Positions 13,100 through 27,714 are shown, numbered from the stretch's first letter. The stretch: DNA of 64,000 nucleotides from Octopus vulgaris (GCA_951406725.2 OX597824.1:6944001-7008000), one strand, 5' to 3'. Notes: generated by a model from the sequence alone, not told the origin. Program-made: numbers and translations.

Positions 13100-15324
13100 T
13101 GTAATTATGAAGCAGAATCAGAGAAACAGAGTGGGTTTTGCTCATTTGAAATGGACAATCCATTGGTCAGGCTTCCATACAGTTTTTACCGATTCCATTT
13201 CAATCACAAAACAAGGGTTGACAGGAGGCTGTTTTAAAAGGTACACATTCAAAATATTACAGCATGAGATTGAACACAGTCTTGTTATCATGAAACAAAC
13301 CTCCTAACCATTCTGCTATGCTGTTTTACTATAAATCTTTTAAATTCCAAGATCTGATAACAAGAATCAATTACGATAGGGTAAAAGTGCAATTTAGGTT
13401 GATACAAATGTTTTAACAAAGATTTTTCCAAGTGAAAACTGTATATAAAACACGTAACTGCATAAACAATATATCCTGAATGCTAATTTGCCATATGCTA
13501 ATAATCAATTGGAAAGATCGTAATTAACTGAATTGATTACTGATTGGGAATAATTCATGAAATTATGAAAGAAAGTACGCATGAGTTAATTAGTGAATAA
13601 GCATTAAGTGAAAGAGGAATAAGAATCCTGGTGTCGGTGTTTAATGAAACTTGACTGAGACTATCTTTTAGAGATGCTTGGCTGCATACAAGAGAGGCTA
13701 TACACACTATACACACAAGAGAGGCTATACACACTATACATACATACACACACGTTTATGGCTATCAGCTATATTACTGAATCGTAGCAAGGAAATATAT
13801 GCAACATTTTCACACAATAAGGATTAGGAATAAAAAGATTAGGAAAAAAAAGACACCATAACGTTAAAAAGCTTTAAGCAACATGTAGATTAATATAACT
13901 TGTTTTTCTCCTTTTTTCCCCCCTAAATGCATCTCATTCTTCTTTTTGTAACCAGGAGCCTTGTGCTGAAGGCATCTGAAGCATGTGCTAATTCTATAAT
14001 ATTCATGCTAAATACATAAAATGTATTTGGGTATGAATAACAACAAGAACCATTTTTGTAAAATATAGAATAGACAGGATATAAGGAAAGATAATACAAT
14101 ACTTTGTTGGAATATGAAAGTCAATAACAAAAATTTCATAAGGAGTGCTAAACGGATTTTGGATCATAGCGAATTAATATACCTATCAGATTTTAAGTAG
14201 AACGCTAAAGCTCTTTGGCAAAAGTAATGCTCAGTTATCTTATTCCACAAATCTTAAGCTTGTAGAAGACATCACATGCTTGAAAGTATAGAAAGAGATA
14301 CTTCCATTTCTTTTTCGTATTCTTTTTTGGTGATAAGGAAGCAAACAAATTCATTATCATAATGGTGAAGGAAAAAAGTTTAAAAAAGATGGGTGAACAA
14401 GCAGTAATAATAATACTGGATATTATGATTGTAACTGTAATCAAAACTGTAATCAAAACTGCAATCAATTTAACAGGAAGGCTTGATGCTTAGATAGACA
14501 TTGCCTAGTTAATTACATAATGCACAAGTGTATGGATAAGACATCCATCACTAGTAAAGATTATAAAAGTTTAACAGCCAAAAACTTAAGGTTAGTTATT
14601 ACACATACACTCATTCATTTCGGAATTTGTCTAGTAGGGATTAAACATCACTTTAACCACAGATCTTAGACTTGAAACATAAAGACACAGTATGGAATGC
14701 AAAGGAAGATTCTTTTGATGAAAGGTTTGAAAGATTTAGGTGACTACATCAACTGCTACACTATGATAAAAATACACACACATTGGCAAAACCATCAGGT
14801 TTTTTTTTTCTAACCTTGTCAGGTAGACTGAAGGGATAAAGAGACTATAGAGAATAAAAATTAAGGGTATTTTTTCTTATTAGGAAGCAGAGGAGCAGTC
14901 CTTCACAGTAGCTACAAATTTCCAAATTAATGCAAGGTTGAAGAACACAACTTCATTTGTTTAAGACTAGCAAATGTGGTCTCTATAGAAAAACTTCTAA
15001 AATTTGAAGAGCATCTGTAAAAGAGGAGGGGAGTCTGGCATCTGGCAGGGGAAGAAGAGCCAGTAAGAATATTGGCAGAATAACAAAAACTCAAATTACG
15101 ATACAGTAAAACACAATAGCTAGCTACAAAGACTAGTGAACAGATGCTATACCAAGCAGTACCATATTAGTAAAAGCTGGATTATACTACGCAAGACTTC
15201 TTGACATCGGAGAAAATGCTTTTATACAAAAAAAAAAAAGAAGAAAATAAGAATAAAACTACTATTTTAGTGAGCTGGCTAGCCAAACATAGAATTTGAA
15301 ACAATCAGAATTTTGGATCACTAG

Positions 15325-15358
<34 letters not shown>

Positions 15359-15637
15359 GCTGTTGTTGTTGTTGTTGTTATTAAGCTATTTTTTTTTATT
15401 TAAATACTACTAAAATACAGTAAATGATAATGCTGGCCACCTGTGAAGAATATTACAATTACATTATTTAAAGCTTATGAAACGACAGTTTTTAGATATT
15501 GAATATGGAAGGTTAAATGATGAGATCTCTTGATAAATGTTGAAATTTCACCAGGAAATGAAAAAAAAAACCACATGTACAAATGTAACATAGAAGACAA
15601 ACAGACAAAAAAGGAGAGAAATACATACAAACAAATA

Positions 15638-15651
15638 AATACTACTACTAC

Positions 15652-15723
<72 letters not shown>

Positions 15724-15775
15724 TAATAATAAAAATAATAATAATAAAAATAATAATAATAATGGAAATAATGGA

Positions 15776-15840
<65 letters not shown>

Positions 15841-15905
15841 GTATTAGTAATGCATGATTATTTTCCTTGCCAATATAATAACAAATACAAAACAGAAACA
15901 AGAAA

Positions 15906-15937
<32 letters not shown>

Positions 15938-15945
15938 AAAGAGAA
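15638..15945. repeat. (ACT)n/(AAT)n and (AAAG)n microsatellites
   Basis: Direct inspection. Confidence 0.95.
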
Positions 15946-16065
15946 AAAAGGAGAAAAAAGAACAAAATGGAAACCATCAGGATTGAAGTTCAAAAGATGA
16001 AAGTTTTGATTAATATATTGAACTGAGGTCAGAAGAAATCATTTCAAAATGATGCATAAAAAGAA

Positions 16066-16103
<38 letters not shown>

Positions 16104-16491
16104 CAAAAACGACGGCATTCTACTAAAAATAGGAACCTAGCCAACAAATGCAATATATTATGTCGTCCATTAATGTTGAAGATAATGTAACATTTTGGCA
16201 AAACCAAATTTACATAATCCTAATGGTGAATTGAGAAGGAAAAAGAGTACATCAGAATATCCCCAACATGAATGGAACGGAATCAAACAAGAAGAAAAGC
16301 CATCATGCTTAAGATAATTGCAGAAATGAGAGTTGCTGGTGCAAGAAGACTGTCCATATTTCTTGCATAATTATTTTTGGTTTATTCAGAATGTGCCGGC
16401 TTCCTTCTGTTACGTGTACGACAAGTCTGGCTTTGCTCGTAAACAATAACAACACTGAAAACTGTTCAAACTCTGTATATACTGACAGTGA

Positions 16492-16635
16492 AAATACACT
16501 GCTTAGTGGTTAGAGTGTTGCTGTTAGAAATCATAAGAGTGGTGTTTCAATTCCTAGCTGAGGTGGCACATGGAAACCTTGAGCAACGCACTTCATTTCA
16601 TGTCCTTGCATTCTACTCAGCTGAAAAATGTGTAG
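16492..16635 (+). mobile_element. SINE family E head and body (CORE-like), degenerate
   Basis: TGGCTTAGTGGTTAG...GTTTCAATTCC...CCTTGAGCAACGCACTTCATTTCA...CTCAGCTG. Confidence 0.6.
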
Positions 16636-16879
16636 CAGCCCAGTCTAGCAATCACACTCTGAATGTTTTAGCCGATTCAAAGACAGGAGGGTAGAGAAAG
16701 CTTTTCTGTCTGTTCATAACTGCATGGGCACCTAAACAACATCAGGGAGAAAGCTAGTACAGGTTTCTACCTTATACACACTCACCAATGATGACTGCAA
16801 TAGTTACATAATACTCATGTATACAGCAGTCTCTTAAAAGAATTAGCTGCCATCAACATTTAACATTTCTTTTAAATGC

Positions 16880-17062
16880 TGTGGCACGTAAAAAGCACCC
16901 TCTACACTCTCAGAGTGGTTGGTGTTAGGAAGGGCATCCAGCTATAGAAACTCTGCCAGATCAAAATTGGAGCCTGGTGCGGCCGTCTGGTTCGCCAGCC
17001 CTCAGTCAAAATCGTCCAACCCATGCTAGCATGGAAAGCGAACGTTAAGTGATGAAGATGAT
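16880..17062 (+). mobile_element. Family C repeat
   Basis: TAAAAAGCACC...GTTGGTGTTAGGAAGGGCATCCAGC...CATGGAAAGCGAACGTTAAGTGATGAAGATGA. Confidence 0.8.
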
Positions 17063-17637
17063 AACATGGGCTGGGTGGTAGTTCAACAAGAACTGATGCA
17101 ACAGATGACTGCCCTGAGCACCAATGTCTGCTTTGGGCCAGGGCTCCTAAGGCGGGATGCCCTTCCTAACACCAACCACATTACAGAGTGAACCGGGTGC
17201 TTTTTTTTTTCATGGCGGTGGCACTGGTGAGGTCACCAAGTAACTTGCAAGGCATGGCCACCACATCTGAGGTGGAGTATAGTATTGGTGGAGGCGAGAG
17301 TATGACAGAGACACAGGAAAAGGTTCCTTGCAGTAGAAGAGACGCAAGACGTGCATGGCCCTGAAATTAAGACTTCCACATCTGAACACTGTGGCTCTTG
17401 GACCAAACCCTGTGCACCTTATGGGCCTTGTGAATGAAACTAGATAAGCAGAAATGGTATGGAATTCTATTTGTTGGACTGTCCTTAAACCAGTGATCCA
17501 AAATCATGATTGCTTCATAAATTGGCAGTCACTTCACTGAAGTAGCAAAGTCTATTTTGTAAGTATATTTCCCCCAATGTCGAAAAATGTTATTTCCACT
17601 GTGTGCAGGGTCATTTTTCTCTTGCTAGTTTAAATCA

Positions 17638-17858
17638 TAAGGCGGTGAGCTGGTGGAATAGTTAGCACGCCAGGCAAAATGCGTAGCCGTTTTTCGTCTT
17701 CCATTACGTTCTGAGTTCAAATTCCGCCAAGGTTGACTTTGCCTCTCATCCTTTCGGGGTTGATAAATTAAGTACCAGTTACGCACTGGGGTCGATGTAA
17801 TCATATTAATCCCTGTGTTTGTCCCCTCTGTGTTTAGCCCCTTCTGGGTAGTAAAGAA
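17638..17858 (+). mobile_element. SINE family D, full length
   Basis: AAGGCGGTGAGCTGG...GTTCTGAGTTCAAATTCCGCC...GTACCAGTTACGCACTGGGGTCG...AGCCCCTTCTGGGTAGTAAAGAA. Confidence 0.85.
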
Positions 17859-17931
17859 GTTAGTTTAAATCAGCAGTCATATTTTAAAGTATCCATAGTT
17901 ACATCATTCAGCCTCTATTCTTCCTGACTCT

Positions 17932-18140
17932 AAGGTGCTGAGCTGACAGAACAGTTAGCACACGGGGAAAATTGCTTAACAGCTTTTCATCTGTCTCTAC
18001 ATTCTGAGTTCAAATTCTACCAAGTTCAACCTTGCCTTTCGGGGATCAATAAAACAAGTACCAGTTAAGCAATGGGGTTAATGTAATCAACTTGCACTTC
18101 TCCCGAAATTACTGGCCTAGTGCCAAAAACTGAAATCAAT
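17932..18140 (+). mobile_element. SINE family D, older copy with alternative tail
   Basis: Same head and body; tail ...CCCGAAATTACTGGCCTAGTGCCAAAAACTGAAATC. Confidence 0.75.
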
Positions 18141-18321
18141 ATTGTTACTGACTCTTCTTCCCTGCAAGATGCAAGGAGCCTATCTGGATGTCTTGGAAAT
18201 ACTGAGAAAGTAAACAAAAGACAGAATTAACTTTATTAATATGATGCATCACGGCCAAAGTGGAAGGATGCATGAATTTATTTCTCAGGGGGCAGACCTA
18301 ATTGATCACTGAAAATGCCAC

Positions 18322-18668
18322 AGACACATGGATTAAGTCGGTTACATCGACCCCAGTGCATAACTGGTACTTATTTAATCGACTCGGAAGGATGAAAGGC
18401 AAAGTTGACCTCGGTGGAATTTGAACTCAGAACGTAACGGCAGATGAAATACCGCTCAGCATTCCGCCCTGCGTGCTAACGTTTCTGCCAGCTCACCTGA
18501 AAATGCCACTACCCCAGTGCGTAACTGGTACTTAATTTATCGACCCTGGAAGGATAAAAGGCAAAGTTGACCTCGGCGGAATTTGAACTCAGAACATAGC
18601 GGCAGATGAAATACCGCTCAGCATTACGCCCGGCATGCTAACGCTTCTGCCAGCTCGCCGCCTTTTTT
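18322..18668 (-). mobile_element. Two successive SINE family D copies at one site
   Basis: 18322-18496 and 18514-18668; flanking direct repeats CTGAAAATGCCAC (x3) and a 25-bp repeat at 18489-18513 and 18669-18693. Confidence 0.85.
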
Positions 18669-20033
18669 CAGCTCACCTGAAAATGCCACTACCATGACAT
18701 TTGGTACCCTTAGTAGAGTCCCCACTATTATAGGCATAAGGATTAGGTCACCAATCTGAGGACAGTTGTTTCTTTGCCTCCATCTGTCTTAGACACTATG
18801 TAAAAGATCAAAATCATAATTTTCTATCCCTGGAGAAGTTTTACAAAAATAAATAAATAAATAACGGGATTTTCCTGGAAGCTAGCTCCTAGCTGCAGCA
18901 CAACAGTGATTTTCTTAATTAAACTAGAAATTCTGTATTGAAGACAATTTACACCAAGATCTGTCATTTTCTGAAGTGACACTCCCTCGGCTCTGATGTT
19001 TCTCCAGAGTTTAGCTCTGTTTTTACTGATATATAACAATTACTTCTGAAACATATATGTAGATTTGGGTGCGTGCACATATATATTTATATATACATAC
19101 ACACACACATGTATGTACACATACATACACACATATGTATACATACACATGTGTGTATATATACACACACACATATATATATATATATGTGTGTGTATAT
19201 ATATCTCAGACAGTAACACACAGACAAATGTTTATGCATAAATGTGTCTGTGTGTGTATAAGTGTGTGTTGTAGCGTTTGAGCTTCTGTATCTAAAACTA
19301 TATTACAGACAGTATAAAAATGATTTGTATTAATATCACGATGCGCTACATTAGTAATACAAAAATATACATTCCTACATACATATACACACACGCATGT
19401 GTGTATATGTGTGGTCATGTTCATGTATATATGTATACACATGTGTATCAATATGTATATGTACGTGTGTGTCAGTGTGTATATATACATATACCCCCAC
19501 ATATACATACATATAAATATATATATATATATATATATAGATAGATAGATAATTAAAAGCAGAATGTTACACAAGATGTTGACTTAATAGAATTTATTGT
19601 TGGGTCTGACATAATAGAACAATGCAAAACAAATATTAATAGAAATCTTTCCATAATAAATGGTGTACAACAACAACAACAACAACAGCAGCATGAATGA
19701 TGAGAATAATTTACAAGTACCTGCTGCTGTTGCTGAGACCTAGATAAGCTCTAACCAAGAAGAATTACGATCAAATACATTCCAGCCATGCCCATCCTGT
19801 CATTTTCACAGGCAAAGCGCATCTTAGAAGACACTATTCTCTGGCAGAGTGTGATTTGAAGGAGATTTAGCTGTTGTTTCTTTCAGGAAGAGTAACCACA
19901 TGCTCTGTGAAAGATATGGCTTTCTGATTTCCCAAACAGTCAACAATATTAATTGGTTGTGATATTAATTAAATTTTGTCTATCAACTGTGATTTGATTG
20001 TAAACAGCTGCTGTGTGTGTTGTTGTTTTAACC

Positions 20034-20638
20034 CAGTGATTCCCAAACTTTTTCAAGCTGCCACCCCCTTGACACCCAGGCCACATTCCTAGCACCCCCC
20101 CCCCCACCAACTAACCACCACAAACATAGTTGTTATTGTTCTCTCTCGAGCCATGCCGGGCTCATAAGGGCTGGTTTCCTGGTTTCCTTGGAGTATAGGT
20201 TCCCCACTTGGACGGGATGCCTGTCCATCGCAGGTGAGCTGCAAGATGCAGGAGGAAAGAGTGAGAGAAAGTTGTGGCAAAAGAGTCAGCAGAAGTTTGC
20301 CATTACCTTTTGCTGGAGCCGCGTAAAGCTTAGGTGTTTCGCTCATAAACACACACGTCGACCGGTCTGAGATTCAAACCCACGATTCCTCAACTGCGAG
20401 TCTGCTGCTCTAACCACTAGGCCATGTGCCTCCACACACCACAAACATAGACAGCTTTTCTGAAGCAAATCCAAAGCAACTGTATTTCACAAATAAAACT
20501 TAACCTAATCAACCCATTATTTTGTTGTTTTTACATGAATTGCCATCCCATAATCTCCCCACTTTTCTTCAATGCCCCCTTGGAATTCCCCCCATGCACA
20601 CATCAAGGGGGCAATACTACCCAATTTATGAACCCTTG
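20034..20638. mobile_element. hAT-like MITE interrupted by a SINE
   Basis: CAGTGATTCCCAAAC... / ...AATTTATGAACCCTTG degenerate ends; GC-rich subterminal CCCCC/GGGGG tracts. Confidence 0.5.
20130..20436 (-). mobile_element. SINE family B, tail type 1, with 14-bp TSD
   Basis: CACCACAAACATAG at 20116-20129 and 20437-20450; homologous to 600-908. Confidence 0.9.
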
Positions 20639-20831
20639 TTTTAACTCCAAAGCAACTGCACTTGATCAAACTCACAATCAAAACGATTGCTCCAACAATT
20701 ATCTTGATCTCTTAGGGTGTCCAAGATTACACTGTCCACTGTCCGTGGTGTCTGTCTGTTTTTGCAGGAAGTTGGGTGTGATTTATGGCTTCTATCTTTC
20801 TATGTAGAGGCATTTGCACTAAAGAGTTTCA

Positions 20832-20948
20832 TTCATCATCATCATCATCATCATCATTTAACGTCTGCTTTCCATGCTAGCATGGGTTGGACGATTTTGA
20901 CTGAGGGCTGGCAAACCAGATGGCTGCACCAGGCTCCAATCTTGATCA
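20832..20948 (-). mobile_element. Family C repeat, 3' part
   Basis: (CAT)n-TTAACGTCTGCTTTCCATGCTAGCATGGGTTGGACG. Confidence 0.8.
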
Positions 20949-22502
20949 TTAGAGATAATAAAGCAAACGAGAGGGAAGGTTAGATAAAACATCAAACAAA
21001 ACACTTCGCTTGCAATATTTTTTTCAGATCCTCACCTGCTCAGGTGAAATACTGTCAAACTCAATTTTGCCTTTCATCCTTTTGGAGGTTGATAAAAATA
21101 AAAAAAAAAGAACCATTCTAAAAACTGGCAGAACAGGAAGAACATCAGACTCGATGCCCTGCTGTGGCATTTATCAAGACTCCTCATTTTTCGTATCCAA
21201 ATTCCACCATGGCTTACCCGGGTGGCAGACATTATCAGTCACTGTGTTTAACACTACCAAATTCCTTGAGGGCTTTAGTGGCATCTACACAGTTGCAAGT
21301 ATTTAGGTTAAGTTTTCAGTTTAAGGATATGGTTTTCCTTCCCACCAGACTTGAAAGCTCTGTAAAGGGTCACAGATATTGCTTTACCCCATGAGTAAAA
21401 GATATTAAAAACTTTAAAAAAAACATTACTGTAGACACAAAATGCAATACAAAACAGTGCCAATGTACTGTACAAGATCAAAAAGAAATTATCTACTCTT
21501 AAAGAGTAATCAACATTTCTGAGCGAGAACCCTTTCCGTAAGACAGATAAAACCACAGCTGATATCAGATCACTGATGGTAGATATACCACTGAAAATAT
21601 GCTTATACACGGAATGCATCTAACTAAAAAAGATTGGAGATAATGGAGAAAAACCAAAGATAACAAGACAGACAAGAAATGCAGCTTAATTGATGTGATT
21701 ACCTTATGAAAGAATTTGATAAGATAGCCGAAACTGAGAACACAAAAAACACAAAACTATACAAAACTGTGAAAAGAAAGTGGAAAAAAAAAAACACAAT
21801 GTTTTTGTATTGGTTATTAAAATAGGATACTGACTGAAATAGTGACAGGATACTCAAAATATAGAAAGCAGATATTTTGAGGATATATATATATTAAGAA
21901 TAACCTTAAGCTGCAGAGATTATATAAGATTTCTTTACGGGTACTGACACATTCTTTTATATATATATATAATAGTACAGTTAAAAGATTTCTTAACATT
22001 TATTAATACATTCTTGCTAAAGGCCCAAATGCATAATGAAGAACAAGATCATGGTGTACATGCAATACTTTTGTTCAATAGAAGAGAAATAATAGTTGCT
22101 GAAATAGTTGATGGACAACAACTTGAAGAAATGCAGAGGAAGATATCTGAAAGAACTGCAAGAGTTATTGAAAATATACTCTTAAGACGTCAGGCTTTCA
22201 GACTTTGTCTCGTCATATGTTACATAAGTGATGTCCCAAAACCTTAGCACATTGGTTCATAGCTCACTCTGCCTACTCATCATATATATAAATAAATAAA
22301 TAGATTTATTAATCCAATTTACATTGAATATTTTTTTTATCAATTACAATAAGTAAAGATTACAAAAAAAATTATGAAATTGCATCAAAAATCAGGTTCA
22401 GTTCTTTGGCAGTTTGGTTGATTTGTGCAAGTTGGTAGGAGGTCAAAAAATATAAAAATAAATAGACCAGTAATTATGAAAAAAATGAAAAAAAAGAAAA
22501 AA

Positions 22503-22720
22503 TACTCTTATTTTTTCTATTTGTTTCAGTAATTTGACTGCATCCATGCTGGAACACCACCTTTAGTCAAACAAATCAACCCCAGGGCTCATTCTTTGTA
22601 AGCTCAGTACTTATTCTGTCAGTCTCTTTTGCCAAACTGCTATGCTACAGGGACATAAACACACCAACATCGGTTGTCAAGCAATAGTGGGGGGACAAAC
22701 ACAGATACACAAACAAATAC

Positions 22721-22764
<44 letters not shown>

Positions 22765-22958
22765 TAATATTATTAGTGAATTGAAGAAATGGAGTTGAAC
22801 GAAGATTGAACAGAAATCGCTTTATTGCATTCTATGCACGGTTGCAACACCATAGGGTTGTACCTCCAACCGTGCTGTCTTCTGCTGTGATTTTTGCTAC
22901 CAAGGTATCGGTTAAACTTTTGATTAATCTGCAACAAGATTATTCATCTTTCAATTTC

Positions 22959-22996
<38 letters not shown>

Positions 22997-23155
22997 GCTT
23001 CTTTCAGTTACCATCTACCAAATCCATTCACAGGGCTTTGGTCAGCCTTGAAGCTATAGCAGAAGACACTTGCCCAAGGTGCTACGCAGTGGGACTGAAC
23101 CAGGGATCATGTGGTTGGTAAGCAAGCTACTTGCCACACAGCCACTCCTGCACCT
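22503..23155 (-). mobile_element. SINE family A interrupted by about 190 bp inserted in its internal (TA)n
   Basis: 3' half 22503-22720 and 5' half 22990-23155; insert about 22770-22961 contains a CACGGTTG/CAACCGTG hairpin. Confidence 0.85.
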
Positions 23156-23773
23156 ATCCAAATATTTCACACTATTTTTTAAGAGAAATAAATTTGAGAA
23201 GAAACAAAAGCCCTGACCACCATGAATGGGAAATAAGTGAATGACTGAATTAATTTCGGGGCTACTTTCATGATAGAAATGTCAAAACATTTAAAATTTT
23301 CTAAGAGGGTAGAATAATTCAGAGAAGCTAGTTTGGTTTTATGTGGACATCTTCTTCCTTTTATGATTATCTGTCCATCCTTCTAATCACAGATATTTAT
23401 TGATTTACCATCAAATAAGAGATTGCAAGCAACGATTTCAATTACTTTAACTAATATGGAAGGTCAATGTAAGAAAGGCGTCAATCTGAATGATTGAGGA
23501 AATCTTGGGAGAATTGTTGAGACTTCTACGAACAAATGCTCGTATGGAAACGTACACAAAATTAAGATATGATTAGGTTTAGGGCTTAATGCAGGAAATG
23601 ATTCTGAAGAGAAGAGATAAATCTATGCAACTTTATTAAGTATATGTCATCTAGCAAATGGTGGCCACAGCTGGACTGAAGAAGGCAATTATGGCGAACA
23701 TGAAATGAGAATATCCAAGAGATATTTCAAAGCCAATAAGCATTATTATATATAATATATATAATATATATAT

Positions 23774-23863
<90 letters not shown>

Positions 23864-23878
23864 CGGTTTGCTCAGAAA

Positions 23879-24280
23879 ACAGGCATTGCTGTGTGGTAAG
23901 AGATTTGCTTCTCAACCACATGGTGCTGGGTTCAATCCCACAGCATGGCACCTTTGGCAAGTGTCTCCAGATTCACCAAAACCTTGTTAATGGATCTGGT
24001 AGATGAAAGAGGCCTGTTGTATATATTCTCGTGTGTGTGTGTCAGTGTATGTGTGTGTGTGTGTGTCATTTCACCCTGCCACCGGCCACACTGCCTTACA
24101 GCCGGTATTGGTTTGTTTACATCCCTAAAAGATAGCGGTTCAGCAAAAGAGATCCGATAAAATAAGCGCAAGGATTACATAACAAATAAGTATTTTAGTC
24201 AATTCATTAAACTATGCCTTTCAAAGCATTGCTCCAGCATGGTCTCCGACCAACAACATAAACAAGTAAAAGATAAAGAA
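23879..24280 (+). mobile_element. SINE family A, diverged
   Basis: GCTGTGTGGTAAG...GGTTCAATCCC...GCTCCAGCATGG...AAACAAGTAAAAGATAAAG. Confidence 0.8.
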
Positions 24281-24833
24281 ATGAAAACTGAATCACCGTT
24301 CAACACAGTAGGAAAGCAAGTAAAATACCAAGTTTAGGAATCGATTAGAATCCAACACTAGAAATGTGTCTATGGTTTAAAGGTTTGTCCCTGGATTTCT
24401 ACAAAGAAAATTGTTTATTCAAAAGAAAAAAAGAAAATAAATAAAGAAATAAAAACCATCCAGTAAAAGAGTTGGGAAAATATTTGTATTTTAGAATAAG
24501 ATGTTATATTGATGTGTGGTGTGTAAAAGAGAGATATTGGTCCATTTATAGCAGCGGAAGGGAGACTGGGTTAAAAGTGATGGACTGAGGACAAAAGGAA
24601 AAGATTAAAAGGAAAAAGCAAAAAGACGTAATTTCTCTTGTAATATTTTGAAAAGGTTCCCATCTCACTGGCATTCACAAACACATGTGTGTATGTGCAT
24701 GTGTGTGCGTATATATATATATATATATATACATATAGACACACACATATATATATATATATATACACATAGATACATTATATATATTATACATATATAT
24801 GACTGCATGTGTGCACATGTATATATATATACA

Positions 24834-24865
<32 letters not shown>

Positions 24866-25123
24866 CGCACACATGTACACACACACACACGCACACAGTC
24901 TAAGGATATTTCTATAAGTATAAAATTGCTGAATATTAAGTGAAGAAAGCATTTACAATAAGTACAAAGTCAAATATTTCTAATAATTTTACTGATAGTG
25001 ACTTTGAAGTTCCATCAGTAGCTGGCTATATTTAGACACACACACACAAACATATATATATATACATATATACACATGCATACATACATACATATATATG
25101 TATATATATATATGTATATATAT

Positions 25124-25211
<88 letters not shown>

Positions 25212-25497
25212 GTATATATACACATGATTAATTATTGATTTTTATGTGTAGTTATATATTAGGAGACTCAAAGAATTCATTAAAGGATCACAGAAAAACA
25301 TCAAGTGAGCTAACAAGTCTATTTTTACAAGGTGAAGGTTGCAGGGACTCAAAGTTTTCCCGTTCACTGGATTCATTAGATTCCAGACTGTCTGACAAAA
25401 CCAACAAACAACAAAACACATCAAAGTCACTGTCTGACTTTCTTTTGTAAATATATTATGGATGTGTGTGTAAAAGCATATATATACGTATATATGT

Positions 25498-25533
<36 letters not shown>

Positions 25534-25579
25534 GAAGTTATATATAAATACTAGGCAGTAAGTGTCAGTATATTAAATT

Positions 25580-25689
25580 TGACTGAAATTGATAGATGAG
25601 CCTTTCGGTCTATTGGATGTGCGCAGAGCCGTGTAAGTGCTGATATGGGTGTTCGATCCCCGTGTTCAGCTCAAAACGTTTTTCAGTCA
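25580..25689 (+). ncRNA. Hammerhead-like motif, decayed
   Basis: 9-bp helix I TGACTGAAA/TTTCAGTCA; core TTGATAGA; stem II GAGC/GCTC; AAAACGTT in place of GAAACGTT. Confidence 0.45.
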
Positions 25690-25724
25690 TTTGCTTAGGT
25701 TATATGTGTGTGTGTGTGTGTGTA

Positions 25725-26055
25725 TCATCATCATCATCATCATCATCGTTTAACGTCCGCTTTCCATGCTGGCATGGGTTGGACAGTTCAACTGGGGTCT
25801 GGGAAGCCAGAAGGCTGCACCAGGCCCAGTCTCATCTGGCAATGTTTCTACAGCTGGATGCCCTTCCTAACGCCAACCACTCCGTGAGCGTAGTGGGTGC
25901 TTTTTTTTATTTATATGTGTGTGTGTGTGGAGGTGCAATGGCCCAGTGGTTAGGGTAGCGGACTCGCGGTTTTAGGATCGCAGTTTTGATTCCCAGACCC
26001 AGAACCATGTGGTTTGTAAGCAAGCTACTTACCACACAGCCACTTCTATGCCTAC
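25725..26055. mobile_element. Patchwork: family C (minus), family B head (plus), family A head (minus)
   Basis: 25725-25905, 25928-26000 and 26000-26055 match the respective families. Confidence 0.75.
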
Positions 26056-27302
26056 AATGACAGTAAGATGTGATTATAATAGGGAGCAAATTACATTGAG
26101 ATGTGATTATAATAAGGAGCAAAAGAAATATTGATGTGGGATGGGCTTGAACCTGAAACTTCTGTTATATCAAATACCCATAATCAAATAAGTCGTTAAC
26201 AAAGTTAACCAAATTAATATGAAATATCAAACATTTTCAAAACAACTACATTTATTATTTTATCAGGGGAAAAAGAGGGTGAGTGAGAATGAGTGAGTGT
26301 TAGTGTGTGCATACAAGCATATGTGTGTATGTGTGTGTGTGTGTGTAGTTCCGCAATGTCACAAGTGTGGTATTTTAGGAAATGGAGAAGTTAGCCCGGC
26401 ACTTCTAAACACGTGTTTTACAGATGGATAGTTCTGTACAAGAGAAAGAAGCTTAATCGTAAACGAAGAATAATATCTGTATTTCAATTAAGTTGAGTAT
26501 ATAAAGGCAATATTTACTCTGGAGACATCATTAGAAAGAAAGAAAAAAAAAATTAAGCAAGAAAATCGAAGAACAAAAATGAAGTGTTTCCACAGACAGA
26601 TAAAAATAGTAGATATAATATACAAAAAAAAACAAAGAAAATTTTCCAAACAGCCTTGCTAATCAAATAATAACTTTGCTACTTTAAATATTTTTTTTTT
26701 TACATTTAAGAAACTGTCTGCAGCATGTTATGATAGCAATGCCACAGTTTCAATTAGGATGAGCGGTTGTTTTTTTAAAATTATCAATCTATCATCACTG
26801 ACTTCTTATATAATACGAGACTTTATTATGAATCCTCTAAAACAAAAGTTATTTTCGACATTATCACCGCATCTTTGAAATCATTCAATAACTAAAATAA
26901 AAAGAAAAACAAAAAAACAAATCTATATTTATTTATGGTAAATTGCAACAGGAATGGTTTTTAGCTAAAGTTTGTATTCCGATATCATTTCACACACAAA
27001 AAGAAAAAAAGGACAAACAAGCAAACAAAAGAAATAATATTAAATGACAAAAAAATCATAAAATTTAAGAATTAGAAATATGTAATGTAATGTGCCTTGT
27101 ATTACTTCATTATTTATCATAAAACTGTGTTTTATTAATTACCATCTAAGATAGAGTTCAACAACATAAACATTTTTTTTAAATACATAAATTATGTAAC
27201 TATATCATTTGTTTTTCCCACATTTAAATCATAAAAATGAAAATTCCCAATCAGGTTCTTAGTTTTATATATATATATATAAATAGACACACACACACAC
27301 GC

Positions 27303-27335
<33 letters not shown>

Positions 27336-27337
27336 TG

Positions 27338-27714
27338 GCACTCCGTCGGTCACGACGATGAGTGTTCCAGTTGATCCATTCAAGGGAGCAGCCTGCTTGT
27401 GAAATTAACATGCAAGTGGCTGAGCACTCCACAGACATGTGTACCCTTAATGTAGTCCTCAGGGAGATTCAGCATGACACTGAGTGTGACAAGGCTGGCC
27501 CCTTTGAAATACAGGTACAAGAGAAACAGGAAGAAAGAGTGAGAGAAAGTTGTGGTGAAAGAGTACAGCAGGGATCATCACCCCCACCCCCACCTGGCCA
27601 TGTAGAGCTTTAGGTGTTTTCCCTCAATAAACACGCACAACAACCAGTCTGGGAATCGGAACCACGATCCTACGACTGCGAGTCCATTGCCCTAACTACT
27701 TGGCCATTGCACCT

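Noticed and set aside
22014-22247. ORF faintly resembling the second mariner HTH (VHAILLFNRREIIVAEI)
   Set aside because: Too little similarity, and no TIR or flanking motifs.
21508-23700. Further weak hammerhead-like strings (21508-21545 minus; 23677-23700 plus)
   Set aside because: Cores or helix I too degenerate to distinguish from chance.
13688-26122. Small local tandem duplications (13688-13741, 27 bp x2; 26066-26123, 33 bp x2)
   Set aside because: Ordinary slippage duplications with no further structure.
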